This document shows, piece after piece, positions 38,105 to 51,660 of a DNA stretch of 64,000 nt. The stretch comes from Octopus sinensis. Taxonomy: Eukaryota. The position numbers and the translations under genes are program-made. The stretch covers positions 52,266,001 through 52,330,000 of the forward strand of contig NC_043009.1 of the NCBI RefSeq assembly GCF_006345805.1. Direction: 5' to 3'. Every line of letters begins with the position of its first letter. Position 1 is the first letter of the stretch. A model generated the notes under the pieces. It was not told where the DNA came from, ran no database searches, and was given only the letters and a program-made list of their open reading frames with translations.

Positions 38105-39020
38105 TGTGTGTACTATTGTTGCTGCTGTTTTCCTGCTTAAACTAAACAGAGACTTCCTTGAATGTTGCGACAGATTTAAGATGTGATTGTTTCTGTTTAA
38201 ACATAGGAATTATCATAAAATCTTTACACTAGGCACCCAAGTATCTTATAAACTTACATAAATGCATCTATCCGTAAATGGATAGCTACGTGCGTATTTG
38301 TGTGTGAGTGAACGTATGTGTGTATATATATATATGTTCACATTTTCATCGATGCATCTACACATATACATATCGTAGCAACGTGTCAGTATGCGTTTGT
38401 GCGTGCTCGCGTGAGTTGTGTGTGTTTGCTTGGGGAAAGCATGTGTGAAGGAAACGCTTCTTCACTGCATGTTCAAATACTACGAGTAAATAATTTGATT
38501 TACTGCAATAAACACTATGTTTGAGGGAGGAAAAATTATGCGGAATGATTTTTTTTTTTCTTTCAATTTGTTGTGAAATCTTATAGCAAATAATTCCTGT
38601 TTCCAACGTCATTTTTGCTGTGTTTCTTCCCTGCTATTGTTTAAATATGCTGTGCGTTTACTGAGTTTTGGTCAAATTAGGAACCGTTCACGTGCGTATT
38701 TACTGAATTTTCAAATACTCGATTTATTATCGTTAAGGTTTAAACGAATGAATATCTACAGTACGGTCGGTAAAATTACTAAGCTGTGGTAAGTTATATG
38801 ATTGGAAGATACATTAGTAGTAATCAACAGGCACGAATTTAATACTTCAAGCTAAAATAGAACAACACGCTATCTGAGAATCAACGGCGTTTTGTATTAT
38901 TCAGAACACGAAGCTATATAATGAAAAAGGAAGAAAGCTTCATCAGCAAATCTCAAATCGCCATGAAACTGCGGCGCTATGACTGTGGTGTTTCCTTTAG
39001 ATTTTTTTTCTTTTCATCAG

Positions 39021-39051
39021 TTTAGACGATTGCTATGAAAAGTACATTCCG
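39021..39051 (+). other. Candidate 31-nt exon
   Basis: TTTTTTTTCTTTTCATCAG|TTTAGAC...ATTCCG|GTAAGT; one open frame, LDDCYEKYIP. Confidence 0.3.
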
Positions 39052-39540
39052 GTAAGTCAAATGACCATCAAAGCGAAACCTGTTAGATTTTCTACAGGAA
39101 TCGAAATAGATCAATTAATTAATAAAAAAGGGCGGAATAAACATTATAAGGTAAAGGAAAATTTATCTGCAAACGCTGAAATTGCACATGTTTAGTTTTG
39201 TATGGGTGTTTACAGGATCTAATCGTAATAACTTCACTTTTATAGAAAAATAATCAATAATAGCACAGCGTTCAACATTTCTGTCAAATTCATTGCATTA
39301 AAAGCCTTTGGAGATGGTGGATTACTGATATGATTATACATGTTAAGGAAAATGTGTTATTTTCTCAATGAATGCCTAATAAAAATTATCTCATGGAGAA
39401 ACAACAATTGCAACTTGGTTTTAAAATTGTTAATGAGCGTGTAGTATTTTCATCCTATAGCAATCAGCCGATTTAGAAATTCATACCATGTTGATCTATA
39501 AACTGGAACACTCAGTTGATGTCGAAAAAATGTCTACATA

Positions 39541-39951
39541 GGCGCAGGAGTGGCTGTGTGGTAAGCAGCTTGCTTACGAACCACACGGTTCCGGGTTCAG
39601 TCCCACTGCGTGGCACCTTCGGCAAGTGTCTTCTACTATAGCCTCGGACCGACCAAAACCTTGTGATAGGATTTTGTATACGGAAACTGAAAGAAGCCTG
39701 TCGTACACACATATATATATATGTATTTGTGTGCGTGTCTTTGTGTGTCTGTGTTGTTCCCCCCAACATCGCTTGACAACCGATGCTGGTATGTTTACGT
39801 TCCCGTTACTTAGCGGTTCGACAAAAGTGACCGATAGAATAAGTACTAGGCTTACAAAGAATAAGTCCTGGGGTCGATTTGCTCGACTGAAAGGCGGTGC
39901 TCCAGCATGGCCGCAGTCAAATGACTGAAACAGGTAAAAGAGTAAAGAGTA
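39541..39951 (+). mobile_element. tRNA-derived SINE family B, full length
   Basis: GGCGCAGGAGTGGCTGTGTGGTAAG...GGGTTCAGTCCC head, core, internal TA/TG microsatellite, (AAAAGAGT) tail. Confidence 0.92.
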
Positions 39952-40167
39952 ATTCATTCAACGAAAGCTTATTGAAAAACCATTATAAGCATGTACGCTA
40001 CGACAGTCCTTATTTCAGGTTTGATCGTTTCACAAATAATTTCACAAGACGAGAGGATATTTTGAGTCTACATATTTAGATTTTACATTTTTATTTATTT
40101 TGTAGTTTGTAGACAAGGTAGGCATGGCTCTTAGGTTAAGTAGTTCACTTAGCCTACAAGTGCTTTC

Positions 40168-40483
40168 CAGCCGGACCGTCGCTACGCCCATGCAGGGAAC
40201 CACCGCAGGTGAGGGGCCCCACATCAACATGAAACTACATAGATGAGCCATGTTTTTACTTTGGATAAGATGTTAAGTGAAAATTTCAAGTCAGATGAGG
40301 AAACAAATACGAGAGTGTACCATATGAAAGGTGGAGATGTATACTTATACATATATACAAACATACACGCACAGGTATACGTACACACATTCATATATAT
40401 ATACACACATACATATATATATATACGTCTGGTTTTTATCCGTTTCGGTCTACTAAGCCTATCCACAAGGCTTTGGTCAGCTC

Positions 40484-40514
<31 letters not shown>

Positions 40515-40938
40515 TACGTGCACCAGACACACACTCGTCTCTTAATCTCTCTGATTCTCGCTCTTTCCCTATTCATTTCTCTCTCTCTCTCTCTCTCTCT
40601 CTTTCACTCTCCCTCTCTCTTTCTTTCTTTCTTTCTCTCTCTCTCTCTCTCTCTGTATATATATGGCGTTGTTATTTGACGTTGCTGGAAAGCTGGTCAG
40701 TTTGTACCCAGAACAGTGGCCATTGACCTCCTAAGGCAATAAAAACTGGTTACAAAATTGTTTCTGTGCAAAAAAAAAAAAAAAGAGTGATGTGATGATT
40801 ATAAAATACAAGCTGTAAGGGATTAAGTTTGATTTTTGCAGGTAATAAAGGTGCGGAGATTATGAATTTTGATTCAAGATATGGGGCCCCGAAACAAAAG
40901 GTTGCAGGGGGTGTCTAAGATTCATGCGACGGCCCTAG
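40168..40938. mobile_element. Possible MITE with GGGCCGTCGC...GGGGCCCCA-type ends
   Basis: Left end GGACCGTCGC...GGGGCCCCACATC; right end reverse complement GGGCCGTCGC...GGGGCCCCATATC. Confidence 0.35.
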
Positions 40939-41025
40939 TTTCCAGTCTAGTCTCAATGTTCGGCGAGGGAATTTGTAAAGGGAAACAAGGCGGTAGACCG
41001 ATGTGTGTGTATGTTTATATATTTA

Positions 41026-41093
<68 letters not shown>

Positions 41094-41134
41094 AGAGATT
41101 ACTTAGATTACATAAGATTCAGCCGATGTTAGCT

Positions 41135-41460
41135 CAGGCCATATCTAATTGAATAGCACCACCTGGAAGAGATACACAGTCAGCTCTTGGGCACCATATC
41201 CCATTCGAGCAGAGAGATATTGTTTTCAGAGACATATCAGGGTGGTGTGCTTTGTCTGGTATTTGTTGGAGGTAATCCTGTAGGGGCCGTTTGAATGCCG
41301 TGAAATGACTTTCCTACTTTGTGTGAGCTGGCATGATGTTGAAGAGAGCTGTGCCAATTGAGGTGAAACAGTTCTGTCGTTGTGTTAAGATACGACACGG
41401 ACATTGATTTCTGTAGTGGACAAATGGCATGGGGGCCAACCTCGAATGAATTTTAAAGAG
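41135..41460 (-). mobile_element. 3' end of a CR1/L2-like LINE ORF2
   Basis: The - strand reads RQNCFTSIGTALFNIMP...*...FTAFKRPLQDYLQQIPDK, resembling the NSF...GPRLFN.LP...FKRKLD.FL..IPD C-terminus. Confidence 0.6.
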
Positions 41461-42450
41461 GATACCTATATCATTTCGGCAATGTTGATGGAATAGATAG
41501 ATAGATAGACAGATAGATAGATAGATATGAATGTATGTGTATGTGTGTATGTGTGTATGTGTGTGTATGCGTGCTTGTGTGTGTGGTTGTGTATTTGTGC
41601 TCCCTTTCGACTACACCCACGCAATAACTGAACCCAATGCAATAACTGAATCAAACAAAACAGAAGAAAAGCGCACGAGAAAATGCAAATAAAAGGACTA
41701 GCTTTTCGTCCAACTTTAATTTGGGAAAATATTAATGGTACATGTTGCGAGATAACAACCTGTATTATAATAACGATTTGGAAGAATAAAACTACTCGCT
41801 GTCCAGATAGTTTTGGTTAACTCGGGAATAGAGTTATAGGGTTTGTAGCAGAAAAAAAGGTTCAACTTTGATTACTCTTGGCAACAGAAATAAGCCTTAA
41901 CTACGTAAACCTTTTAAATTTAGAGCACCAGTGTGCGTGGAAAATGAACAGAAGAGATTTTTTTGAAACGCAAAAAAAAGCATTTCATTTATTTTCTTCA
42001 GATGGGAAGCAGGTGTTTAAGGATGTAAATCCGACGGTAAACGCAGTGATGCTAGTCAGAAGACATATTAAAAGTGGTCCAAACTGCTGTGGGGCCACGC
42101 ATTAAAAAAAAAGAATCAGTGAAAAATAGAAACAACATTTACAGAAAAACAAACCCAAGGAAAAACCGAAAAGAAAAACAATAAAAATATACATAATTTC
42201 CTTTCTAGCAGATTTTGATGCCAGTCAATAGACATGAAAAGTATAAAAAAACATGTTTTCCAACTAAATTTATAGGATATTCAAATGATTTTCAAGTTTT
42301 TTTTCTGTTTTCCGTTTAAGCCCTTCCTTCTCTTGACTTCAGGTAGCAACCATAAATCAAGGTCTTTATATGTATTGAGTTGACATCTTCTGGCTGTGTC
42401 TTGTGTGTAGTGTAAATATTTGCTTTTAATATGGAATTCAAGAATGCAAG

Positions 42451-42482
<32 letters not shown>

Positions 42483-43085
42483 AAGAGAGAGAGAGAGAGA
42501 CGGGGGTAAGGTTATGAATGGGCAATTAGATGTATGAGAATCAGGCAAAATTTTACAACGTGGGGAGATATGGAATGTACCGTATGCGTTATACATTTTT
42601 TACATATTAAAAATATGAATCCCGGTTCTCATAAATAATCTTAAATTTTTCACTGACAAGGTACAGCTTAGATAGAAATACGTATACGTAATAAGAACTG
42701 ATACGATTTTTTAATAAGAAAATAAAGAAGTATATGAAATATGACACCACAGGGGAGAATTTGATCACAATCGTCAGGTAGATAAGCATCATTCATTCTT
42801 CTTTCTCTCTCTCTCACACACACACTCACACACACATACACACTCCACAAAAGGTTTTTAAAAATTCGTAATTGAAACATTAGCACTTTGAAAATATCGA
42901 TATAATCGAACATGCTAAATGTATTTACGTATTCCAAAGTTGGGGTTTCGAACACTCTGCCGTTCTTATGGTACGAAATACCCGCTGTAACCAAGGTATC
43001 ATTTGGTGCGTATGAATGTGGAACAATATCTGTATCAACACACGAATTCACATCAAGAATCTTGCAAAACCAATATATAACCGTA

Positions 43086-43208
<123 letters not shown>

Positions 43209-45122
43209 TAAGTTCAAATATAGGTTACAAGCCTCAATAAGGAATAATAAAATCCAATGAAAATACTTGTTACCTATTTAAAATGTGTTGAATATTACAA
43301 TTAATATTCAACTCTATGGTAACTAGATAAACAGTCGTTTACATATATTTTAAGAAGGTAAGATAAGAAATTAGGGATTAATTCATAATTTTTTAATTAA
43401 TAAATAATTATTAATTATCTCTATTTTCTTATCTTCTTTATATAAATATATATACATACATACATACATACACACACAAACACACACACACATATATATA
43501 TATATATATGCATACAAACGCTCCCGTCCTTTGGACAGTGTAATCTGTTATAATAGCGTACTCCTTTGGAAGGTTTAATTTGAATTAGCACGCAGTTAGA
43601 AGTCGTTTCATGTTGATAAACGTAAAATGTATAATTACCAGTTTCGTTAGCAGTCTATTCTATTATTCTATGGCACTAAGCAATCGAGGTAATGAATAAT
43701 TGTTTTCTACGCAAACTTAGCACTTATTAACTCTCAAAAGAAACCTATTGGAAAATATGATTTTACACCAAGGTTGCGAACGAGTCTTTTATGAAATGTT
43801 TACCATATTTTAAAATCATTTTCACTTAGAAATATTTTTCCCATCATAATATGTCTAATGGAATGGTCAGAATATCTTCCCTTTCGCGGTTAATTTGTTT
43901 TCAGGGTTTATTAACATTTTGCACCGTTTTGGATATTTATACCCCACAGATCCCGAATATCTCAATACCCACGTCCGATTTATGCGAAAGTTGTTTTATT
44001 TCGTTTGTATTCACATATCAGGGGCACATTACCGTCAACGTATTTTCCATTATGCGCCAGTTCGGCTGTGTAACATTGCAAGCAAGCAAGAATGAAGTTC
44101 GTTTTAATGTAATACTAGACTACCAGTGACCCGCTGGCTCACCAATGATTCATAGTGCCGGGAAAGTCTAAGTTTTCCAGCAACGAAATTTTGTTTAGTG
44201 GGTTTTCTTTTACTGTTCTAGGTTATTTCGTATGTTTTCATCGAAAGCGACACCGAAATCACGCGTAAACATTTTCCTCCTCCAGTAAAGGAAAGATTCG
44301 GTTGCTATTTCTTGGACGCCCTGCTACCACATAAGAGGTATTTCGGGTCCTTTATCGCAAATAGCTGTATTTGGTAATTCATACCTACTTGATAACAACA
44401 TCAACGATTTCAAGCCAGCAAGGCATCCCTTATATGGTCAATGGGCCTGTGTGAAATAGTTAAAAAAAACTAAGACTCACAATGGCATATGTTAAAGAAG
44501 CAAAGGTATATTTGATATTTCCATGCAGAATATAGCAGGGAAAAAAAACAGATTTGATTGTTACACTTGGGAGAACTTCATTATAAGATTGGCTTTGGTA
44601 ATTACGTATATAAATCAATATATATTAGAGAGAGATATAAAGCATAATTATATTTCAGTAGACGGGTGCATAAATATTTACCGGTACACACTCACATACA
44701 CAGATACATTTTTATATACATATACTTACACACACACATACACATACATACATAGACAGACACAGACAGATAAATAGATAAAGAGAAATAGATACAAATA
44801 TACATAAATATATACATCTCTTTCTCTCACTATCTCTCCATATATATATATATATATATGTATATATGTACACATACATACAAAGTAGAGGAAAATGAAG
44901 ACGCAAGTCCTAGGCAATCAACCAAATTCTCGAACGCATAAATGGAGGTATTCAATCAATTTAATTAAATCATACATAGTTATACATAGGCGTAAACATC
45001 GGGCATTTGGATGACTGCCTATGATTTGCGTTTCTATTTTCCTCTACTCTGAATTATTTCGCATTGGCTCTCCACGAGCACTCCGTAAATAGCCTATATT
45101 TTCTATAACATAGTTAATATAG

Positions 45123-45804
45123 TTTTCTACTCTAGACACAAGGCCCGAAATTTTCAGATGCGGGGTCAGTCGATTAGATCGCCCCAAGTCTGTAACTTGT
45201 ACTTTATTTATCGACCCCAATACGTAACAGGTATTCAATTTATCGACCCCGAAAGGATGAAAGGTAAAGTCGACCTCGATGGAATTTGATATCAGGACGT
45301 AAAGACAGACAAAAAACCTATTTCTTTACTAGCCACAAGGGGCTAACCACAGATGAGACAAACAAGGACAGACAGACAGACGGATTAAGTCGATTATATC
45401 GACCCCAGTGCGTAGCTGGAACTTAATTTATCGACCCCGAAAGGATGAAAGGCAAAGTCGATCTCGGCGGAATTTGAACTCAACGTAACGGCAGACGAAA
45501 TATCGCTAAGAGTTTCGCCCATCGTGCCAGCGATTCTCCCAGCTCGCCGCCTTTTCGACAGACAAAATACCTATTTCTTTACTACCCACAAGGGGCTAAA
45601 CACAGTGTGGACAAACAAGGACAGACAAACCGATTAAGTCGATTACTTCGACTCCAGTGCGTAACTGGTATTCATTTAATCGACCCCGAAAGGATGAAAG
45701 GCAAAGTCGACCTCGGCGGAATTTGAACTCAGAACGTAACGGCAGACGAAATACCGCTAAGCATTTCGCCTGGCGTGCTAACGTTTCTGCCAGCTCGCCG
45801 CCTT
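45123..45804 (-). mobile_element. Three abutting SINE family A copies (~45123-45316 short tail; ~45317-45553 and ~45568-45804 long tail)
   Basis: Three GACCCCGAAAGGATGAAAGG(C/T)AAAGTCGA cores; heads CAGCTCGCCGCC at ~45550 and ~45800. Confidence 0.9.
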
Positions 45805-46091
45805 ATATAGATAGATATAAATGTGTGTGTGTATTTATGTGTGTGTGTTTGTGTGCGTGTGTGTGTGTGTCTTTTAGTGTGCGTGTGTGTATGTGTGATA
45901 CATAAATATTTCTGTATCCAACATCATAACCCTTTGTATTCCTTTTGCAAAAAGGAATTGTCCGTATTAACATGTATTTCTCTTTCTCCTTTATTCCTTT
46001 TCTCCCCCTCTCTCTCTCTCTCTATCTCTCTCTATCTCCCTATCTCCTTCTCTCTCTTTCTCTCTCTTTCTCTCTCTTTCTCAACCTTTCG

Positions 46092-46137
<46 letters not shown>

Positions 46138-46594
46138 TTTTATTTCTCGCTACCAATCTTTACCCATTTCAGAAACTAAACATCCACATACAATATATAT
46201 TGATATCAGTATGTATTGACATAACAATTATAATAGTTAACTTCTCTTTCTACTCATTGAATTACGATTAGGAATATACAGTTGACCAGTTCCAACTTGC
46301 TTCTATTCACTGGCTTGTCATATTGCATCATAACAACATCTTCTTACGGAAATTTCCAGAAAATTGCAAAACTCCATAGCTTTGAATTCTGAATATTTAA
46401 ATTCTAAAATCAATTTTTGCCCGACTCGCGTATGCCATTCCGTTATTATGGCGTCAGTAGTATGATAGCTGCAAAATATTGATTGATCGATCTCAAATAT
46501 TTACATACTTGTCCTTCCAGAATTTAACCGATTACATTATATTAAATATAAATTGAAAATAATTCTCAGTATCAATAATTGTTTATATATTCCA

Positions 46595-46599
46595 ATTAA

Positions 46600-46630
<31 letters not shown>

Positions 46631-46827
46631 ATTATTATCATTATTATTATTATTATTGTTGTTGTTGTTGTTATTGTTGTTGTTGTTATTACTATTATTA
46701 TTATTATAAATAATATTATTACTATTATTATTATTATTATTATTATTACTATTATTATTATTATTATTATTATTACTATTATTACTATTATTATTATTAC
46801 TATTATTATTATTAATATTATTATTAC

Positions 46828-46867
<40 letters not shown>

Positions 46868-46880
46868 GTCGTTGTTGTTT
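46595..46880. repeat. (ATT/GTT/ACT)n compound repeat
   Basis: Direct reading. Confidence 0.95.
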
Positions 46881-46892
46881 TTATTCTTAAGT

Positions 46893-47085
46893 CGGCGCGC
46901 TGGCTGAAACGGTATCACGCCACACAAGCTGCTTAACGACATGTCTTCCGACTTTACGTTCTGGGTTCAAATTCGGCCGAGGTCGACTTTACCTTTCATC
47001 ATTCGGTTTCGATAAATTCAATACCAGTCAAGTGTGATCGATATGATCAACGATTCCTCGCTCCACAAATTCCTGGACTCAACCA
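46893..47085 (+). mobile_element. SINE family A, degenerate
   Basis: GGCGCGCTGGCTGAAAC..CTTTACGTTCTGGGTTCAAATTCGGCCGAGGTCGACTTT. Confidence 0.75.
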
Positions 47086-47479
47086 GAGTCTTAAGGCATG
47101 TGCATATTAGATAGGCAGAAACTCTGTGAGGATGTAGACTTTTTTTAAATCTCGTTGTTGGTTTCCCAATGATTTCGTCAAAAATGTTACCTCTCCTTTT
47201 CTTGATCATATCCAGGGAACCCATACAACAGGGACAGTTTTGGTTTTTAATTGCCATGTGCTAGATGTCTCAATCTGAAGGTTCTTATATTTGAGTAGTT
47301 TTCAAATTCCTTTGCTGAGATGTTTCTATCTGTAGACATTGTAATATCAGTTAACAGACATGTTTTTTTTTTTGGTGGTTAGCATATATATATATATATA
47401 TATTAATAAATAAAACATATGCATATATATAAACATATATGTACATACCTACCTCTACATGTACATATACACGCATATA

Positions 47480-47645
47480 TGGGGTACAGGACACCAAAAA
47501 GACGTCGAACACAATGAGAAACGAAAACATAGACACAAACCAAAGGAACTGGACATTTTTTAAACAAAAAAAGTGTAGGACAATTAACACAAAGAAAAAA
47601 TCCCTTCTTCAGTCGCTATGGTTTCATCTACTCTACGTTTCGAAG

Positions 47646-47648
<3 letters not shown>
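47480..47648 (-). mobile_element. Possible Penelope pseudo-LTR fragment with the 3' half of a hammerhead
   Basis: The - strand reads CCTTC-GAAA-CG-TA/GAGTAG (47628-47646); the 5' half is replaced by (TA)n. Confidence 0.35.
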
Positions 47649-47738
<90 letters not shown>

Positions 47739-47741
47739 AGT

Positions 47742-47810
<69 letters not shown>

Positions 47811-48012
47811 AAGTTTATCGAGAAGATGACCATCCCTGAAACAAAGTGTTGAAAATATCAAGAATATTCATTTTCATGATTTGCGTTGTAAGATTGCAGT
47901 GTTTCAATAACGTTGCTGCAATTGTTGTTGTTGTACTTCTTCTTCTTCTTCCACTTCTTCTTCTTCCTCTTCTCCTACTTCTATTTCTTCTTCTTCTTCT
48001 TCTCTTCTTCTT

Positions 48013-48075
<63 letters not shown>

Positions 48076-48787
48076 GTTGTTGTTGTTGTTGTTGTTTACT
48101 CCTAGCTTAAATCTGTAGAATTATGATGAATTGCATTTCAGTCGTTACAATCTTGTCTTTTTCTAGCACCAGAAAATCAAAAATACCCTTCGTATATTTC
48201 TTAAAAATTTTCAAATGCAATTGAGGTAAGTACGCTGCTATATTTAACAAAACGCACGATCGCATGGTGGTCCCTTCTCGTCTGATAGAGAAGGGGAAAA
48301 TGTTGTTAATTACTGCTTTCGATACATTGTCTACTGCCATCGTTATCATTATCGACATCATCGTCATCATTACCAACATCATTGTTGTCATCATCATCGT
48401 CGTCTACGCCGCCATTGTTCTCTCCAGCAACCCTGCTTGCTTTTCTCCTTTCTCATCCCCATCCTCTCATTATGATCATCCTCATCACCATAACCATCAT
48501 CATCATCATCTCCATAATCATTATCATCACTATCAACAGGACCTTTTTCCCAATCGTCATATTTAACATTAACGTAAAATATTCATGAATCTTGTTTTTA
48601 GTGTCTCACCCTTTTAAATGGTTTTCCTTGTGTACTGGTATCTTTCCCCACCACACACACATATTCACATCTAAATTACTCTTCCTCATCAATCATCTCT
48701 CTTCCTCTGTCCTTCTTATTTTCCTCTTTTTGTATATTACTTTCTATTTCTGTCCCTCGTAAAATATTTTTCTCGTAATGTAATCCT

Positions 48788-48844
<57 letters not shown>

Positions 48845-48848
48845 AATA

Positions 48849-48929
<81 letters not shown>

Positions 48930-49235
48930 ATCTATCTATCTTTCTATCTATCTATCTATCTATCTATCTATTTATATATCTATCTATTTTTCTATCTATC
49001 TATCTATCTATCTATTTGCCTGTCTGTCTGTCTCTTTACCTGTCCGTTTTCTCATTTTCTTTTCTCCTGCTACCTCTGCTTCGCAATGTCTCCCGCAAAT
49101 TTTACGCTGTCCATTTCCTTCTACATCTTACCTTCACGGATACTGTTAACATTTCTCTATTTCCCCATCTATTTTTGTCTGTGAAATTAACCTATCTATC
49201 CATTTATATATATATATATATTATCCATCCATCCG

Positions 49236-49305
<70 letters not shown>

Positions 49306-49323
49306 AATCTATCTATCTATCTA
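47649..49323. repeat. Series of microsatellites: (TA)(GT) to 47808, (CTT)(ATT)(GTT) 47924-48094, (CTAT)n 48790-49015 and 49228-49323
   Basis: Direct reading. Confidence 0.85.
48167..48225 (+). other. Candidate 59-nt exon
   Basis: TCTTGTCTTTTTCTAG|CACCAG...ATTGAG|GTAAGT; one open frame, HQKIKNTLRIFLKNFQMQL. Confidence 0.25.
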
Positions 49324-49434
49324 TAGTCCGTCTGTCTCATTGTCTATCTTTCTATATACCTAGCTAATTTACTATCAACTAATCTGCACCCTGTCTTTCG
49401 GTGTATCTCTCGCTAGCTATATTGGTTTCTTTCG

Positions 49435-49482
<48 letters not shown>

Positions 49483-51199
49483 AACTTACTCTTCTCCAGC
49501 TTTTTCTCTCTCTTAATTGCGCGCCCCTCTGTCATCCTGTATTTCACTCGCTTTAAATTTAGTTCTCCTGTTTTCCCTTCTTCCTGTCTCTTTCTCTATT
49601 ACTCCTCTCTCAATCTTTTCCTCTGACTCTTTTTCTTTACTCTGCTTCTATATGTCTTTCTCTCCTACTTCCCCTCTCTCACTCTGCTATTTTTTCCACA
49701 GATTCCATCAACAACTATCACGCCAAGTGATTATTTGTTAATTTGCAAATTTTCATTCTCGACATCATTTCAATTATTTATTTCATTTTCTACATCATTG
49801 CTTTAAGCAAAGGTCACGTGGACTCGACTCGTGACACCGACCCCTTTTTATATTTAGTTTATTTTATTATCTATTTTTTTTTCCCATGCAGTTTTCTCTT
49901 CCACTTCCCTAAACCTAACCAATCACCCTCCATTTACTGTGTGTGTGTTTTTACTTCGTAACTTTATCTTGTTTCTTTTTAACTAATATTGTTTCAATTT
50001 CATCCATTGAAAAAAAATAAAATAATAATAATAATGATGAAGAAATGAACGAATATATATAAAAACACAAACACACAAATATAATTATGGTGATGATTAC
50101 AATTTCAGTAACGAAAGCAACGCAGTATTATTGCTACCTGGGCTTGTTGCTGATGCTGTTGTTGTTGTTGTTGTTGTTGTTTACTTCACTAATATTTAGT
50201 TCTAATATGATCACCAGTATCCATCCCATCCATTCACTTGCTTTTACAAATAACGACATCTTTAATGCTATTGATAACAATAGCAACAACATCAACGACA
50301 ACAACAACAACATCAAACCGTATAAGTGCAACAGCAAAAATAATAATAATAATTTTAAATGCAAACGCCAAAATATTATTAACCACAACAGAAACAAGCA
50401 AAAAAAAAACACTCAAAAAAAACACACAAAAAAAACAATGAAACAAATACGTTCAACAGGAATAATTATAAAAATAAATAAACACACAAATAGCATTAAC
50501 CACTAGAATCGGTAACAAAACCAAGAGGAAGAAGAATATGAAGAAGCATAAAATGCGCTAAAATAGTATTTACTAAAATGACAAGAAAAAGAAAAAAACT
50601 TCAACTTTCACAACAATAATTGAAAAGAAATAAAACCGAAACGGTAATAATTGCAATCACAACAACAAGTAAAATAACAATGATAACCATAACAACAGCA
50701 TAAATATAACATTAACAACATGAGCAAGAGAAACACCTACAATAATCAAAAATAAAGAATTTTAATATTGATAAGAATAACAGCATTATCTATAATAATA
50801 AATAACGTATTACAATAAGCGAATGTATTAATTATTATGAAAAAATTTGATAAATAGTTTATAACATAAATGCATAAACACTGAAAATACAATAAAAATT
50901 CATGAAACAAATAATTATGGAATAAACTGGCAAGTTTTGAATGTGTTTCCTGTTTTTATTTTATATTTTGGTCAGTCGTAATAGCGTTGCTGTGAACATT
51001 CGTATCTTCGCCGAGACTCGATAGATAAAGGTAGCAAGGTATTCCCGAACTGAACACAAAAGCCGAGTGTTTGTAAGAGAGTGGATGCAGCTAAAGGCTC
51101 CTAGTGTGCCCCACTCTAGTGTTGAAATTGGTGCAACTGTATTCAGACATGCATTCACGTTCGAATCTGATACTAAGAATCAATAGATACAACGACTAA

Positions 51200-51660
51200 T
51201 CTTCTTTTCTACTCTAGGCACAAGGCCCGAAATTTTGGAGGATAGAGCCAGTCGGTTAGATCGACCCTAGCACGCAACTGGTAATTAATTTATCGATCCC
51301 GAAAGGATGAAAGGCAAAGTCGACCTCGGTGGAATTTGAACTCAGAACGTAAAGACAGACGAAAGGCCGAACAGTATTTTGATCGGCGGGATAACGATAC
51401 TGTTAAGTCGGCGAGCTTGGAGAAACGTTAGCACGCCGGGCGAAATGCTCAGCGGTATTTCTTCTGCCGTTACGTTCTGAGTTCAAATTCCGCCGAGGCC
51501 GACTTTGCCTTTCATCCTTTCGGGGTCGATAAATTAAGGACCAGTTACGCACTGGGTTCGATATAATCGACTAAATCCGTTTGTCTGTCCTTATTTGTCC
51601 TCTCTATGTTTAGCCCCTTGTGGGTAGTAAAGAAATAGGGATAATGATACTGCTAGCACG
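51200..51660 (-). mobile_element. SINE family A (short tail), interrupted near its head
   Basis: TTCTACTCTAGGCACAAGGCCCGAAATT tail plus core; interrupted at 51403. Confidence 0.85.
51403..51637 (+). mobile_element. SINE family A (long tail) nested in opposite orientation, 15-bp TSD
   Basis: GGGATAACGATACTG (51388-51402) and GGGATAATGATACTG (51638-51652) flank a complete copy. Confidence 0.88.

Noticed and set aside
43851-44129. Non-repetitive 92-aa ORF after a TTTTCAG acceptor at ~43904
   Set aside because: No recognisable domain or strong donor, and the 3' part runs into a probable repeat start (TACTAG...ACCCG)
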